Assembly: GCA_042216675.1 (NCBI GenBank)
Contig: JBDGTS010000018.1
Span: 1 to 64,000 of the forward strand
Length of the DNA: 64,000 nt
Direction: 5' to 3'
Source: Halobacteriaceae archaeon
GTDB taxonomy: Archaea > Halobacteriota > Halobacteria > Halobacteriales > Halobacteriaceae
Both the position numbers and the translations under genes were made by a program. Numbering within the stretch: position 1 is the first letter of the stretch; every line of letters starts with the position of its first letter. This document shows, one piece after another, positions 1 to 9,547 of the stretch. A model generated the notes under the pieces. It was not told the origin of the DNA, did not search any database, and worked only from the letters and a program-made list of their open reading frames with translations.

Positions 1-1214
1 ATGAGTTCCTCGCGGGTCGCCATGTCGATGCCCATGTAGCAGGGCGCGACGATGGGCGGCGCGCCGATGCGGACGTGGACCTCCTCGGCGCCCACGTCGC
101 GGAGCAGTTCGACCAGTTGGGAGGAGGTGGTCCCCCGGACGATGGAGTCGTCGATGAGCGTCACCGTCTTGCCCTCGACGGTGGACTTGATGGGGTTGAG
201 CTTCATCCGCACCGCGCGCTCGCGCTCGTCCTGCGTGGGCATGATGAACGTGCGCCCGACGTAGCGGTTCTTCATCAGGCCCTCCGCGAACTGGACGGTG
301 GCGCCTTCCTCTTGGGCGGCGTCGGCGTAGCCCGAGGCGAAGGCGCGCCCGGAGTCGGGCACGGGCATCACGACGTCCGTGTCGATGCCCGACTCGTCCC
401 AGAGCGCGCGCCCGAGGTCCCGGCGCACCTCGTAGACGAGTTCCTCGTCGATGACGGAGTCCGGGCGGGCGAAGTAGACGTACTCGAAGAAGCAGTGTGC
501 CGTGTGCTCCCGCTCGAACAGCTGGTAGGAGTCGAAGCCGTCGGGCCGGAGGATGACGAGTTCGCCCGGGCGCACGTCGCGGACGATGTCGCCGCCCAGC
601 GTGTCGATGGCCGCCGACTCGGAGGCGAGCATGTAGCCGCCGTCGACTTCGCCGATGATGAGGGGGCGGTTGCCCTCGGGGTCCCGCACGCCCATCACGG
701 TGTCGTCGTGCATGATGGCGAGCGAGTAGGAGCCGTGGATGCGCTCCATCGTGCGCTTGACGGCGCGCACGAGGTCCTCGTCGAGCAGATTGCGCGCGAG
801 GTCGTGGGCGATGACCTCGGTGTCGCCGGTGGAGGTGAACGCGTGCCCCGCGTCGGCCAACTGCTCGCGCACCTCGTCGGCGTTGACGAGGTTCCCGTTG
901 TGACTCAGGCCGAGACCACCGGCCTTGAACGAGACGGAGAACGGCTGTGCGCAGTCCTTATCGACCGAGCCCGCAGTCGGGTAGCGGACGTGGCCGATGC
1001 CGGACCAGCCGTTCAGGTCGTCGAGGTCGGAGCGGTCGAACGCGTCGCCGACCAGCCCCATCTCGACGTGCTGGTGCTGTTGGAAGCCGTCGTGGGTGAC
1101 GATGCCGGCTGACTCCTGGCCGCGGTGCTGAAGCGCGTAGAGCGCGTAGTAAATCGGTGGAGCGGCATCTCGGTCTTCGAGCGCGACCCCGACGACGCCG
1201 CACTTCTCTTGCAT
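1..1214 (-). CDS. purF: Amidophosphoribosyltransferase (3' end runs off the window)
   Basis: Minus strand reads MQEKCGVVG...LYALQHRGQESAG...RDPEGNRPL...CFFEYVYFARPDS...VPDSG...VDDSIVRGTT (Ntn class II GATase plus PRTase motifs). ATG at 1212-1214. Confidence 0.95.
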   Translation of the reverse strand, partial: MQEKCGVVGVALEDRDAAPPIYYALYALQHRGQESAGIVTHDGFQQHQHVEMGLVGDAFDRSDLDDLNGWSGIGHVRYPTAGSVDKDCAQPFSVSFKAGGLGLSHNGNLVNADEVREQLADAGHAFTSTGDTEVIAHDLARNLLDEDLVRAVKRTMERIHGSYSLAIMHDDTVMGVRDPEGNRPLIIGEVDGGYMLASESAAIDTLGGDIVRDVRPGELVILRPDGFDSYQLFEREHTAHCFFEYVYFARPDSVIDEELVYEVRRDLGRALWDESGIDTDVVMPVPDSGRAFASGYADAAQEEGATVQFAEGLMKNRYVGRTFIMPTQDERERAVRMKLNPIKSTVEGKTVTLIDDSIVRGTTSSQLVELLRDVGAEEVHVRIGAPPIVAPCYMGIDMATREEL

Positions 1215-1217
1215 CCC

Positions 1218-1391
1218 TCAGTTGTCGCCCGCTTTGTCCTGCCAAGCGTAGTCGCGACGCTTGGCTGACTTGCCGAAACCACAGTTGGAGCACTCCTTTT
1301 TCTTGGAGTGGTAGGACTTCTCGCCACACCGTCGGCACTTGACGTGTGTAGTGGTGTTCTTCTTGCCTTGGGCAGACGTGCCGTCACTCAT
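1218..1391 (-). CDS. rpl37e: 50S ribosomal protein L37e
   Basis: [40 protein letters not shown] zinc-ribbon signature; lies downstream of Lsm. Confidence 0.97.
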   Translation of the reverse strand: MSDGTSAQGKKNTTTHVKCRRCGEKSYHSKKKECSNCGFGKSAKRRDYAWQDKAGDN

Positions 1392-1615
1392 GGTTCGATA
1401 GTGACGACGTTGTCGCCGCGTATAACCATTATGTCTTCCACCGGTGTGACCGCCGCGCGGGCCGCCTCGCTCTCCTCGTCGGACGCGGAGAGGACGAGGT
1501 TCATGTGCTGGTCGTAGCCGCTCAGTTCGCCCTGATACGACTCGCCGTCCTTCAGGTGAACCGTCACCACGTCGTCGATAGCCTCCTCGAGTACGTCGAG
1601 GGGTCGTCCGTCCAT
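1388..1615 (-). CDS. lsm: Sm-like (Lsm/SmAP) RNA-binding protein
   Basis: RPLDVL...[21 protein letters not shown] (Sm1) and IRGDNV (Sm2); overlaps rpl37e by 4 nt. Confidence 0.95.
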   Translation of the reverse strand: MDGRPLDVLEEAIDDVVTVHLKDGESYQGELSGYDQHMNLVLSASDEESEAARAAVTPVEDIMVIRGDNVVTIEP

Positions 1616-1653
1616 ACCCGAGACGGGTGCGGCCACACCCAAATACGTACCGG

Positions 1654-2694
1654 CTACACGTCGACGGCGAACGTCCGGTCGTGGGCCTCGGCAGCCATCG
1701 CCGCGCAGAGCGTCGCGGCGGCGTCCACGTCGCGCAGGTCCACGACTTCGACCGGCGTGTGCATGTAGCGGTTCGGGATGCCCAGCGAGAGGGCGGGGAC
1801 GCCGCCTCGCTGGACGTAGAACGCGTCCGTGTCGGTGCTGGTACGGGTGCCCGCGGCCCGGACCTGCACGTCGCCATCGGCTCCGTCGCGCGCCGCGTCG
1901 ACGAGCGCCGGATGATTAGAGCTTCCGCGGGTGACGACCGGTCCGCCGCCGAGCGTCACGTCCGCGTGCCTGTCCGACGGGAACGCGGGGCTATCCGAAG
2001 CGTGGGTCACGTCCACCGCGACGACGGCGTCGGGGTCGAGGTCGTAGCCCACCATCTGCGCGCCCTTCAGGCCGACTTCCTCCTGCACGGTGCTGACCGC
2101 CGCCACCGTCGCGTCCACGTCGCGTTCGGCCGCGCGGCGGAGCGCTTCCGCGGCGACCCAGATGCCCACCCGGTTGTCCATCCCGCGGGCGGCCACTCGC
2201 TCGCCGGCGAGGTCCTGCGTGCGCCCGGTAATCGTCACCGGGTCGCCGACGGAGACGAGGTCCCGCGCCGCGTCCTCGTCGTCGGCGCCCACGTCGACGA
2301 ACTGTTCGCTGATGTCCTCGTGCTCGTCGTCGTCCTCGCGGAGGTGGATTGCCGTCTGGCCGACGACACCGGGGACGGTGCCGTCGTCGGTGTGGACCGT
2401 GACGTGTTGCCCCTTCGTGACCGTGCGGTCGGCGCCGCCGATCGGTTCGACGTGGACGAACGCCCCGTCCACGTCGGTGACGACCAACCCGATTTGGTCG
2501 CCGTGGCCGGCGACGGCGAACTCGGTGGCACCGCCCTCGACGACGGCGACGGCGTTGCCGTAAGCGTCGGTGTGCACCTCGTCGGCGAACGCCGAGACGT
2601 AGTCGACCCACACGCGTTGGCCGCGGGCCTCGTAGCCGGCGGGCGTCGGCGTGGCGAGCAGTTCGTCGAGGAAGGCGCGTCGTTCAGCGTCCAT
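1654..2694 (-). CDS. M42 family (TET-like) aminopeptidase
   Basis: [36 protein letters not shown] and RYMHTPVE motifs; start MDAERRAF. Confidence 0.9.
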   Translation of the reverse strand: MDAERRAFLDELLATPTPAGYEARGQRVWVDYVSAFADEVHTDAYGNAVAVVEGGATEFAVAGHGDQIGLVVTDVDGAFVHVEPIGGADRTVTKGQHVTVHTDDGTVPGVVGQTAIHLREDDDEHEDISEQFVDVGADDEDAARDLVSVGDPVTITGRTQDLAGERVAARGMDNRVGIWVAAEALRRAAERDVDATVAAVSTVQEEVGLKGAQMVGYDLDPDAVVAVDVTHASDSPAFPSDRHADVTLGGGPVVTRGSSNHPALVDAARDGADGDVQVRAAGTRTSTDTDAFYVQRGGVPALSLGIPNRYMHTPVEVVDLRDVDAAATLCAAMAAEAHDRTFAVDV

Positions 2695-2768
2695 ATCCGC
2701 GATTCGTCCGGGGCCGACAAGAACCTCGTGCCGCAACGGCTTTGACGCCCGCGCCCGACGTGTCGGAC

Positions 2769-3020
2769 ATGGGACTCGAACTCCACTTCCACGAATCGCT
2801 GGTGTCGTTCGGCGGCGGCGAGTCCGAACGCGCGACCGAACCCGAGCGAGAGACCGACGGCGAACCGCCGGCCGAGAGCACGGAGAGCGGCGGGGCCGGC
2901 GGCGCGGTGCTGGGCGCCCTCCTCGCGCTCGTGGTCCTCGTGGGCATCGCCTACGCCGTCCGCAAGGCCCGCGGCGGCGAGGACGGTGACGGCGAGGCCG
3001 AAATCGAAATCGACGAGTAG
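2769..3020 (+). CDS. Small single-TM acidic membrane protein
   Basis: MGLELHFHES... followed by one hydrophobic helix (AVLGALLALVVLVGIAYAV) and an acidic tail. Confidence 0.65.
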   Translation: MGLELHFHESLVSFGGGESERATEPERETDGEPPAESTESGGAGGAVLGALLALVVLVGIAYAVRKARGGEDGDGEAEIEIDE

Positions 3021-3052
3021 CCCTTTTCCGCGCGCGGCCCGTCCCTCGGGTA

Positions 3053-4018
3053 ATGGGACTGTACGAGGGTCTGCGAACCGTCGCCGGCGCGGGCGGCACG
3101 GGCGCAATCGACTGGGACGCCGCCGTGGACGCGGCGAAGGCGGCCACCGACCCGGGTGACGTGTCGCTCTCTGCCGCCGAGAAGGCGGCGTACGCTGACG
3201 ACGTGGTGGCGGCGCGCGACGCGCTCCGGATGGCCACCAACACTGACTTCGACGTGCCCGACACGATTCAGGTCCAGAGTCGCCACCACTGGATCGACGC
3301 CAACGCCGCGACCTTCCGCCGGGTCCTCGCCCCACTCGACGAGCGCCCGTCCCGGTTCCCGAACGCGATGCGTCGGGTCAACACGGGGACGATGGCCGCC
3401 TCGCTGGGCTACCTCGCGCGGAACGTCCTCGGGCAGTACGACCCCCTCCTTCTCTCGGAGGGCGGGGACGGCCGCGACCTCTACTTCGTGCACCCCAACA
3501 TCGAGAGCGCCGCGGCGAACCTCGACGTCGACGGGGACCGCTTCCGGCGCTGGATCGCGTTCCACGAAGTCGCGCACGTCGCGGAGTTCGAGATGGCCCC
3601 GTGGCTCTCGAACTACCTCGCCGAGCGGATGCAGGCGGGTCTCGACGACCTCGGAACCGGCGAACTGGACTTCGAGTCCGGACCGCTCGGGGAACTCGAC
3701 GCCGCGATGACCGTCGTCGAGGGGTACGCGGAACTGCTGATGGACCGCGCGTTCGACGACGAGGCGGCGGACCTGCGTGCGAAACTCGACGAGCGACGGG
3801 AGGGGGGCGGTCCCCTGACGAGGCTGTTCCGGCGTGCGCTCGGTATCGGACTGAAGCGCCGGCAGTACGAGCGCGGCCGGGCGTTCTTCGACGCCGTCGT
3901 AGACGACGGGGGGATGGCGGCCGCGCGGACGGTGTGGGAGTCGCCGGAGACGGTCCCGACGAGCGCCGAACTCGACGAGCCGGCGCGGTGGCTGGCCCGC
4001 GTTCAGAACAGGACGTAG
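3053..4018 (+). CDS. Zincin-like zinc-dependent metalloprotease (DUF2342-like)
   Basis: VLGQYDP, HEVAH (HExxH) and VEGYAE motifs. Confidence 0.85.
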   Translation: MGLYEGLRTVAGAGGTGAIDWDAAVDAAKAATDPGDVSLSAAEKAAYADDVVAARDALRMATNTDFDVPDTIQVQSRHHWIDANAATFRRVLAPLDERPSRFPNAMRRVNTGTMAASLGYLARNVLGQYDPLLLSEGGDGRDLYFVHPNIESAAANLDVDGDRFRRWIAFHEVAHVAEFEMAPWLSNYLAERMQAGLDDLGTGELDFESGPLGELDAAMTVVEGYAELLMDRAFDDEAADLRAKLDERREGGGPLTRLFRRALGIGLKRRQYERGRAFFDAVVDDGGMAAARTVWESPETVPTSAELDEPARWLARVQNRT

Positions 4019-4569
4019 AGCAGGAGGTAGACGACGACGCCGAGCGCGAAGGACGTGAGCCAGAGCGCCGCCGCGACGCGGCCGACACGGGGGTGATTCG
4101 TCAGCGGAATCTCCTCGACTGGGCGCGTGACCGCCAGCAGGAGGACGTAGTACACGAGCGGCACGCAGACGATCGCGAGGAGGATGTGGACCGCCAACAC
4201 CGGCGCGTAGAGGTACGTCCCGACGGTCTCGGGGCCGGTGAACTCCGTCGGCCCCTCCAGTAGAACCCGGTAGAGGTAGAGCGCGAGGAACGTGGCGAAC
4301 AGGGCGACGGTGGTGCCCATCGCCGCGCGGTGTTTCGCCACCTCGCCGCGGCGAATCCAACGCCACCCGAGGGCGATGGTGCCGACGGCGACGAGGCTGA
4401 CGACGGCGTTGACGTGTGGGATCGCCGAGAGGACGCCCTCGGGCGCGTGCGGTACGACGCCCGTCGGAATGACGCGAAGCGCCGCGCCGAAGACGAGCGC
4501 CAGCGACGCGAGCGAGAGGACGGCAGTCACGGCCGGCACGTGGTCTCTGACGGCTGTCCGGACCTGCAT
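4003..4569 (-). CDS. DUF420 family membrane protein
   Basis: PHVNA, HRAAM, HILLA and HPRVGR pattern with 5 TM helices. Confidence 0.85.
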   Translation of the reverse strand: MQVRTAVRDHVPAVTAVLSLASLALVFGAALRVIPTGVVPHAPEGVLSAIPHVNAVVSLVAVGTIALGWRWIRRGEVAKHRAAMGTTVALFATFLALYLYRVLLEGPTEFTGPETVGTYLYAPVLAVHILLAIVCVPLVYYVLLLAVTRPVEEIPLTNHPRVGRVAAALWLTSFALGVVVYLLLYVLF

Positions 4570-4684
4570 CGGGCCGGGATTCGGCGGCCACGGACAAAGG
4601 GGTTGTGTCGCTGACGCCGTCCCGAAGAAACGAAAGGCATTTTATGGCACCGGCGGGAACAGATGAGTGCGAAGTGACGGACGA

Positions 4685-4769
<85 letters not shown>

Positions 4770-4900
4770 CGTCAATCCCGTGTCCACCTCGGGCACGACC
4801 CGTGACGTGCGGTGTCCCACACGGGGCACTCACGCACAACTTTACTGTTTCACGAGCGATAGCGACGCGTAGCGGGGGCTACGCGCGCGGGAGATTCACG

Positions 4901-4912
4901 GAAAGTTATAAG
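4901..4912 (+). promoter_or_regulatory. Putative BRE/TATA promoter of the tubulin-like operon
   Basis: GAAAGTTATAAG about 35 nt upstream of ATG 4946. Confidence 0.6.
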
Positions 4913-4945
4913 GAAGCGCACCTGCCAGTTGCCAAGTAGTCTGAT

Positions 4946-7900
4946 ATGAAGCTCCCTGATAGGATTTTCGCGGTGGGCGGGGCCGGGAAAGAGATCGCGT
5001 TCACGATGTTCGAGACCGACTGGGTGCTGGACAGCGTGTTGCAACCGCGCCCGAACCCCCATTCGGTGACGGTCACAATCCTCGACACGGCACAGGGCGA
5101 GGAGAACGAGGACCGGCAGCGACTCCGGGAGGTTCGACAGAAGATAAACGACCGGCAGAACGAACTCCGGGACGTGGACGCGGGCCGCACTGGCGACATC
5201 GAAATCGAGTACAAACTCGCCACGAACGACATCCAACTCAACGGACAGATCGACCTGCTGGGCGAGGACACGGTGCCCCGCATCGCCTCGGGCAACGGGA
5301 TGGACCCCGAGGACTGGTGGCTCGAACCCGAACACATCAACGAGAACCTCGACTTCGCGAAGGGCGTGGTCCGCAAGCGCGGTCTGGGCAAGGCGCTCTA
5401 CTACAAGGCGTACGCCGAGGACGACGACCTCTCGTCGTACATCGACCTGCCCGACAAGGGCAAAGTCGCCGTCCTCGCGGGCCTCGGCGGCGGAACCGGG
5501 TCGGGCATCCTGATGGACCTCGCGAAGCACCTGCAGGACAAGCAGCGCACCGCCGAAATCACCCTGTTCAGCGTCCTCCCCAACCACACCGAGGGCGTCG
5601 AGGAGAACACGAACGCCTTCGCCGCCCTCTCGGAACTGGAGTATCTGAGTCTCACCGGCAACAACCTGTTCAAGGACCGTATCCTCATCCCCATCGACCC
5701 GACCGGCTTCGACGGGAAGACCGGCAACCGCATCCACACCCAAGAGTACCTCGACGAGTTCGACGAGGCCGCCATCTATCTCATCGCCGCCTACTACAAC
5801 ACGCAGAACCTCGAAGACCCCTTCTCCTCCTCCCCGGACTACGCGCCGTTCACCATCGGCATCCCGCAGGTCCTCCGGTACAACGTGCAGGCCATCAACG
5901 AGGCCCGCGAGTCCCTGCGCGAGATTCTGAACAGCAAGCGCGACGCCCTCGACGCCGAGGAGGACATCTACGCCGACATCGACCGCTTCCTCACGAAGCA
6001 CTACGACGTGGACGACGACGTGGAGGGCGGCCTCCGCGAGGTGGACGAGACTGACCTGCGGAACCGACTGGAATCCGTCGAGGAACTGCTCGACGTGCCC
6101 CTGTTCAACGAACTAGAGTACCGCTCGCTCGACACCTTCCGGGGCATCATCCACGAGGCCCGCGACGAGGGCGAGGACATCGCCGACCAAATCGACATCA
6201 TCACCGGGTCGATGCGCGCGGGCACGACCACCGGCGGCGACCAGACGTTCGTCGACAGCATCGACGAGGCGCTAGCGGAGATTCTGGAGCGAGACCTCTC
6301 GCTCATCTCCTACCGGAAGCGCCTGCTCCAGCAGATGTCCGCCGTCGAGTCGAGCCAGATTCGGGACACGCTCTCCTACCTCCTCGTCCTCGAGGACGAG
6401 AACATCAACCCCGGCGTCCGGCTCAACCGACTGGAGACGAAACTCGAGGAGGCCGAGGACCGGCGCGAGCGCCTCGAAAACGACCTCGAAGACACCATCG
6501 AGGAACTCGAAGAACTCCGCGACGAGCAGTCCGACGAGATTCGGCGCGCCGTCGAGGAGTGGGAGCGGACCGTCCGCGAGGACGTCGAACAGTACCGCCG
6601 CATCGAGGACATAAACGTCGAGTCCCGGCTCGACACCCTCTACAGCGAACTCGAGCGGTTCCAGACCGACGTGGTGAACGCCGAGAGCCAAGAGGACGTC
6701 ACCAACGTCTCCCCGGGCGGCGTCGAGGAGGCACTCGACGACCTCGCCAGCGACCTCGACCGTGTCGGAATCGACTTCGACCGGGAGCGCCAGCGCATCA
6801 GCGGCTCCCTGCCCGCGCTCAAGCGAGCCAAGGAGGCGTGGCTCGTGATGAACACCGAGGAGAGCACGCTGGAGTCCATCGTCCCGTGGCGGAGCAACAC
6901 CGAGGAGCAACGCGAGGACGCCCAGAAGGACTACCGGATGCAGAAGACGGAACTGGAGGACAAGGAGGTCTTCAGCATCGGCCCGGCGGGGACGAGTTTC
7001 ACCGTGGACCTCACGTTCACGGGCGACGACGTGGAGCGCGAAGTCGAGGACCGGCGTGCGGAACTGGAGAACAACGTCGTCGGCACACTGCGCGACGCAC
7101 TCGACGAGTCGCACCCGAGCCGCATCGACGAGATTCGAGCGGAGCTAGAGCGCGGCGCGAGCCTCGACGAACTCGGTGACCTCGCACGCGAGGCCTTCCG
7201 CGAGGAGGTCAGTGGCACCGACGAGGTGGCCGCCCGGAAGGAGGACCTCGAAGCGGACCTCGTAGCGGCCGAGGAGGAGGTGGAAATCTACGAGGGCGTC
7301 GTGGACCTGTTCGAGAACCTCAACAACATCCGCGAGAGCTACGTCGAGCGCGAGTCCGCGTTCCAGTCCGACCGCGCCGAACACGGGGAGGACTCCGACC
7401 GGCAGGTGGCCACCCAAGAGGAGGAGTACGTCTACGTCAAAAACGTCCAACCCGAGGACGTTCTGCGGACGACGGGCGACGATGACATCTCCCAGAGCGG
7501 CCTGTTCAAGAGCCAAGCCGAGGTCCAGCGGCTCCACGACAATCTCGGCGAACTGGCCGAGAACGCCCGCCGCCAGCAGTACACGGGGCTCCGACACCGG
7601 AAGTTCAGCCAGAACGGGTCCCGCTACGACGACCTGAAGGTCCGCGTCGCGGTGCTGTCACAGGCCATCGACCAGATCGACCGCGACGTGCTGGACTTCG
7701 AGGAGACGTTCAGCGGTGCCTTCGACCTCGGCGCGAGCGGGAAGCGCCTCGAAAGCCCGTACACGACGTGGCAACGCGACGTCGGCGGGAGTTGGGACAT
7801 CGGCATGTCGGTGTTCATCGACGGGGTGTTCCTCGACAACATCCGCAAAATCGGCGACGCGGACGGCTACCGCGCTGGCTACGAGCGCCAACTGTCGAAA

Positions 7901-8098
7901 CTCGGCGACGACATCCTCATCCACCACAGCTACGACCTCAAGAACGGCTACTACGTCCGCCGGAAGAACCTCCTGAACCTCGAAGACGACGAAGACGTGG
8001 CGTTCTTCCTGCGCGACGAACCCGAGGTCGTCGACGACTTGCTCGACGAGTACGTCGAGACGGTCCAGACTGGTGCGGACGCCGACACAACGGAGTGA
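4946..8098 (+). CDS. Tubulin/FtsZ-superfamily (Tubulin_2/FtsZ-like) GTPase with large coiled-coil insertion
   Basis: IFAVGGAGKEI (T1), ILDT (T2), VLAGLGGGTGSG (T4 signature, 5486-5506), FSVLP (T5), then ~500 aa of acidic heptad-rich helices, then a beta-rich C-terminal segment. Confidence 0.85.
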   Translation: MKLPDRIFAVGGAGKEIAFTMFETDWVLDSVLQPRPNPHSVTVTILDTAQGEENEDRQRLREVRQKINDRQNELRDVDAGRTGDIEIEYKLATNDIQLNGQIDLLGEDTVPRIASGNGMDPEDWWLEPEHINENLDFAKGVVRKRGLGKALYYKAYAEDDDLSSYIDLPDKGKVAVLAGLGGGTGSGILMDLAKHLQDKQRTAEITLFSVLPNHTEGVEENTNAFAALSELEYLSLTGNNLFKDRILIPIDPTGFDGKTGNRIHTQEYLDEFDEAAIYLIAAYYNTQNLEDPFSSSPDYAPFTIGIPQVLRYNVQAINEARESLREILNSKRDALDAEEDIYADIDRFLTKHYDVDDDVEGGLREVDETDLRNRLESVEELLDVPLFNELEYRSLDTFRGIIHEARDEGEDIADQIDIITGSMRAGTTTGGDQTFVDSIDEALAEILERDLSLISYRKRLLQQMSAVESSQIRDTLSYLLVLEDENINPGVRLNRLETKLEEAEDRRERLENDLEDTIEELEELRDEQSDEIRRAVEEWERTVREDVEQYRRIEDINVESRLDTLYSELERFQTDVVNAESQEDVTNVSPGGVEEALDDLASDLDRVGIDFDRERQRISGSLPALKRAKEAWLVMNTEESTLESIVPWRSNTEEQREDAQKDYRMQKTELEDKEVFSIGPAGTSFTVDLTFTGDDVEREVEDRRAELENNVVGTLRDALDESHPSRIDEIRAELERGASLDELGDLAREAFREEVSGTDEVAARKEDLEADLVAAEEEVEIYEGVVDLFENLNNIRESYVERESAFQSDRAEHGEDSDRQVATQEEEYVYVKNVQPEDVLRTTGDDDISQSGLFKSQAEVQRLHDNLGELAENARRQQYTGLRHRKFSQNGSRYDDLKVRVAVLSQAIDQIDRDVLDFEETFSGAFDLGASGKRLESPYTTWQRDVGGSWDIGMSVFIDGVFLDNIRKIGDADGYRAGYERQLSKLGDDILIHHSYDLKNGYYVRRKNLLNLEDDEDVAFFLRDEPEVVDDLLDEYVETVQTGADADTTE

Positions 8099-8105
8099 GT
8101 GGACG

Positions 8106-9545
8106 ATGAGCAATCCGGCACAGGTCGTCCGCGAGAACTGGGAGAAGGCAAAGCTGGTTCTCTATCTCGGTGTGATGGGGGTCCTCGCGTTACCGCTCTC
8201 GACGATGCTCGGCAACGCGTGGGAGCAGGCCGTCGTGAGCCGCGTCTTCATCGAACTGTTCGACGCCTATCTCTCGATCACACTGGAGAAGTTCTCGGTC
8301 GTCGCGTTCGGGCTCTTCCTCGGATTCCTCCTGCTGTTGGCGCTCGACCAGAAGAAGCGCATTCAGGGCGTCATGCTCACCGTGGGCCTCTTGGTGGCGC
8401 TCGCAGGGCTCTCCGCACAGGGGCTGTTCCTACCGAACATCGACTTCGCGGCGAACGTCCTGTGGCTGGGCGGCGGCATCGCCTTCGGGACGCTCGTCGG
8501 CGGCGGGCGTCGGCTGACGCGGGTCAACACGACCGAGCCGCTGGAGTTCCGCCGCGCGGCCCGGGGCGTCACGCTCCTGTTGGGCGCCATCGTGGTCGTG
8601 GCGTTTCTGGAGTACCACCTCAAATACCCCGCGTTCGTGGACGTGCGGAACGACCAACTCGTGTTCATCGTGAACGCGCCCGGACGGTTCGGCCTCGAAC
8701 AGTCGAATCTCGTCTGGCACGCGCTCGTGTCCGGAACGTTCCTCGTCACCCTGACGCGGTTCATGGACTACGACGCAGAGACGGACTTCTTCGTACTCGG
8801 GCCGCGTGGCTCCGGAAAGTCGCTGTTCCTCGTCGGCGCCTATCTCGAAGCGCTCGAACGCGCCCAAGAGCGCGACGAGCAGACGCCGATGAACCCCAGC
8901 GACGACCTGATGTCGATGGTCGAGGAACTCGACCGTTCGACCTCGGACTGGATCGTCGAGGCGACGGCACCGGGCGAGATTCACTACCTCCAGTTCACGT
9001 ACATCCATGGTTCCGTGTTCCCGAAGAACATCGAGGTGACCGGCCTCGACTACGCGGGCGAGTATCTGGACCGCCTGCCGGACGCGCTCACGGGCCTCTT
9101 AGAGAACGAGGAGGACGACACCCTGCTGGCGCTGGCGCAGAACGTCCAGCAGGCGGACACGCTCATTCTCGTCATCGACGTGGAGCGGTTCGTCAACGGC
9201 GAGGGTCTCGACATCCCGGCGTACTTCAGCATCCTGCAGGCCTGTGACGGCAAGGAGGTGTTGCTCGTGGCGACGAAGGCGGACATCCTCGCCGACCAGT
9301 TCCGCGAGGAACGCGGCATCGAGCCACACCGCTACTACGAGGACTTCAAGGAGTACGTCAACGAGGAACTCCGGAACAGCCAGCAGGTGAGCGCCCTCAT
9401 CGAGGAGACGGCCGGAAGCGAGATTCACCCCGTCTACTACCAGACGAAGACCAGAGAGGACGGGAGCCGCGTCCCGATGCGCGACGACCGCAACTCGGTG
9501 ATGACGGTCGGCTACGACCGACTCCTCGACAAACTTGGGAGGTAA
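8106..9545 (+). CDS. Multi-TM membrane protein with C-terminal TRAFAC-type GTPase domain
   Basis: About 6 TM helices, then GPRGSGKS (G1), T in EATAPG (G2), DYAG (G3), LILVIDV, VATKAD (G4). Confidence 0.85.
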   Translation: MSNPAQVVRENWEKAKLVLYLGVMGVLALPLSTMLGNAWEQAVVSRVFIELFDAYLSITLEKFSVVAFGLFLGFLLLLALDQKKRIQGVMLTVGLLVALAGLSAQGLFLPNIDFAANVLWLGGGIAFGTLVGGGRRLTRVNTTEPLEFRRAARGVTLLLGAIVVVAFLEYHLKYPAFVDVRNDQLVFIVNAPGRFGLEQSNLVWHALVSGTFLVTLTRFMDYDAETDFFVLGPRGSGKSLFLVGAYLEALERAQERDEQTPMNPSDDLMSMVEELDRSTSDWIVEATAPGEIHYLQFTYIHGSVFPKNIEVTGLDYAGEYLDRLPDALTGLLENEEDDTLLALAQNVQQADTLILVIDVERFVNGEGLDIPAYFSILQACDGKEVLLVATKADILADQFREERGIEPHRYYEDFKEYVNEELRNSQQVSALIEETAGSEIHPVYYQTKTREDGSRVPMRDDRNSVMTVGYDRLLDKLGR

Positions 9546-9547
9546 CC

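Noticed and set aside
4867-4884. Hairpin GCGTAGC-gggg-GCTACGC downstream of the tRNA as an ncRNA
   Set aside because: It is a single short GC-rich stem, which is not enough evidence for more than a possible terminator or operator.
4946-8098. Canonical FtsZ/CetZ, or an SMC protein
   Set aside because: It is about three times too long for FtsZ/CetZ, lacks the canonical NxDxxD T7 loop, and has no Walker A/B or ABC signature for SMC.
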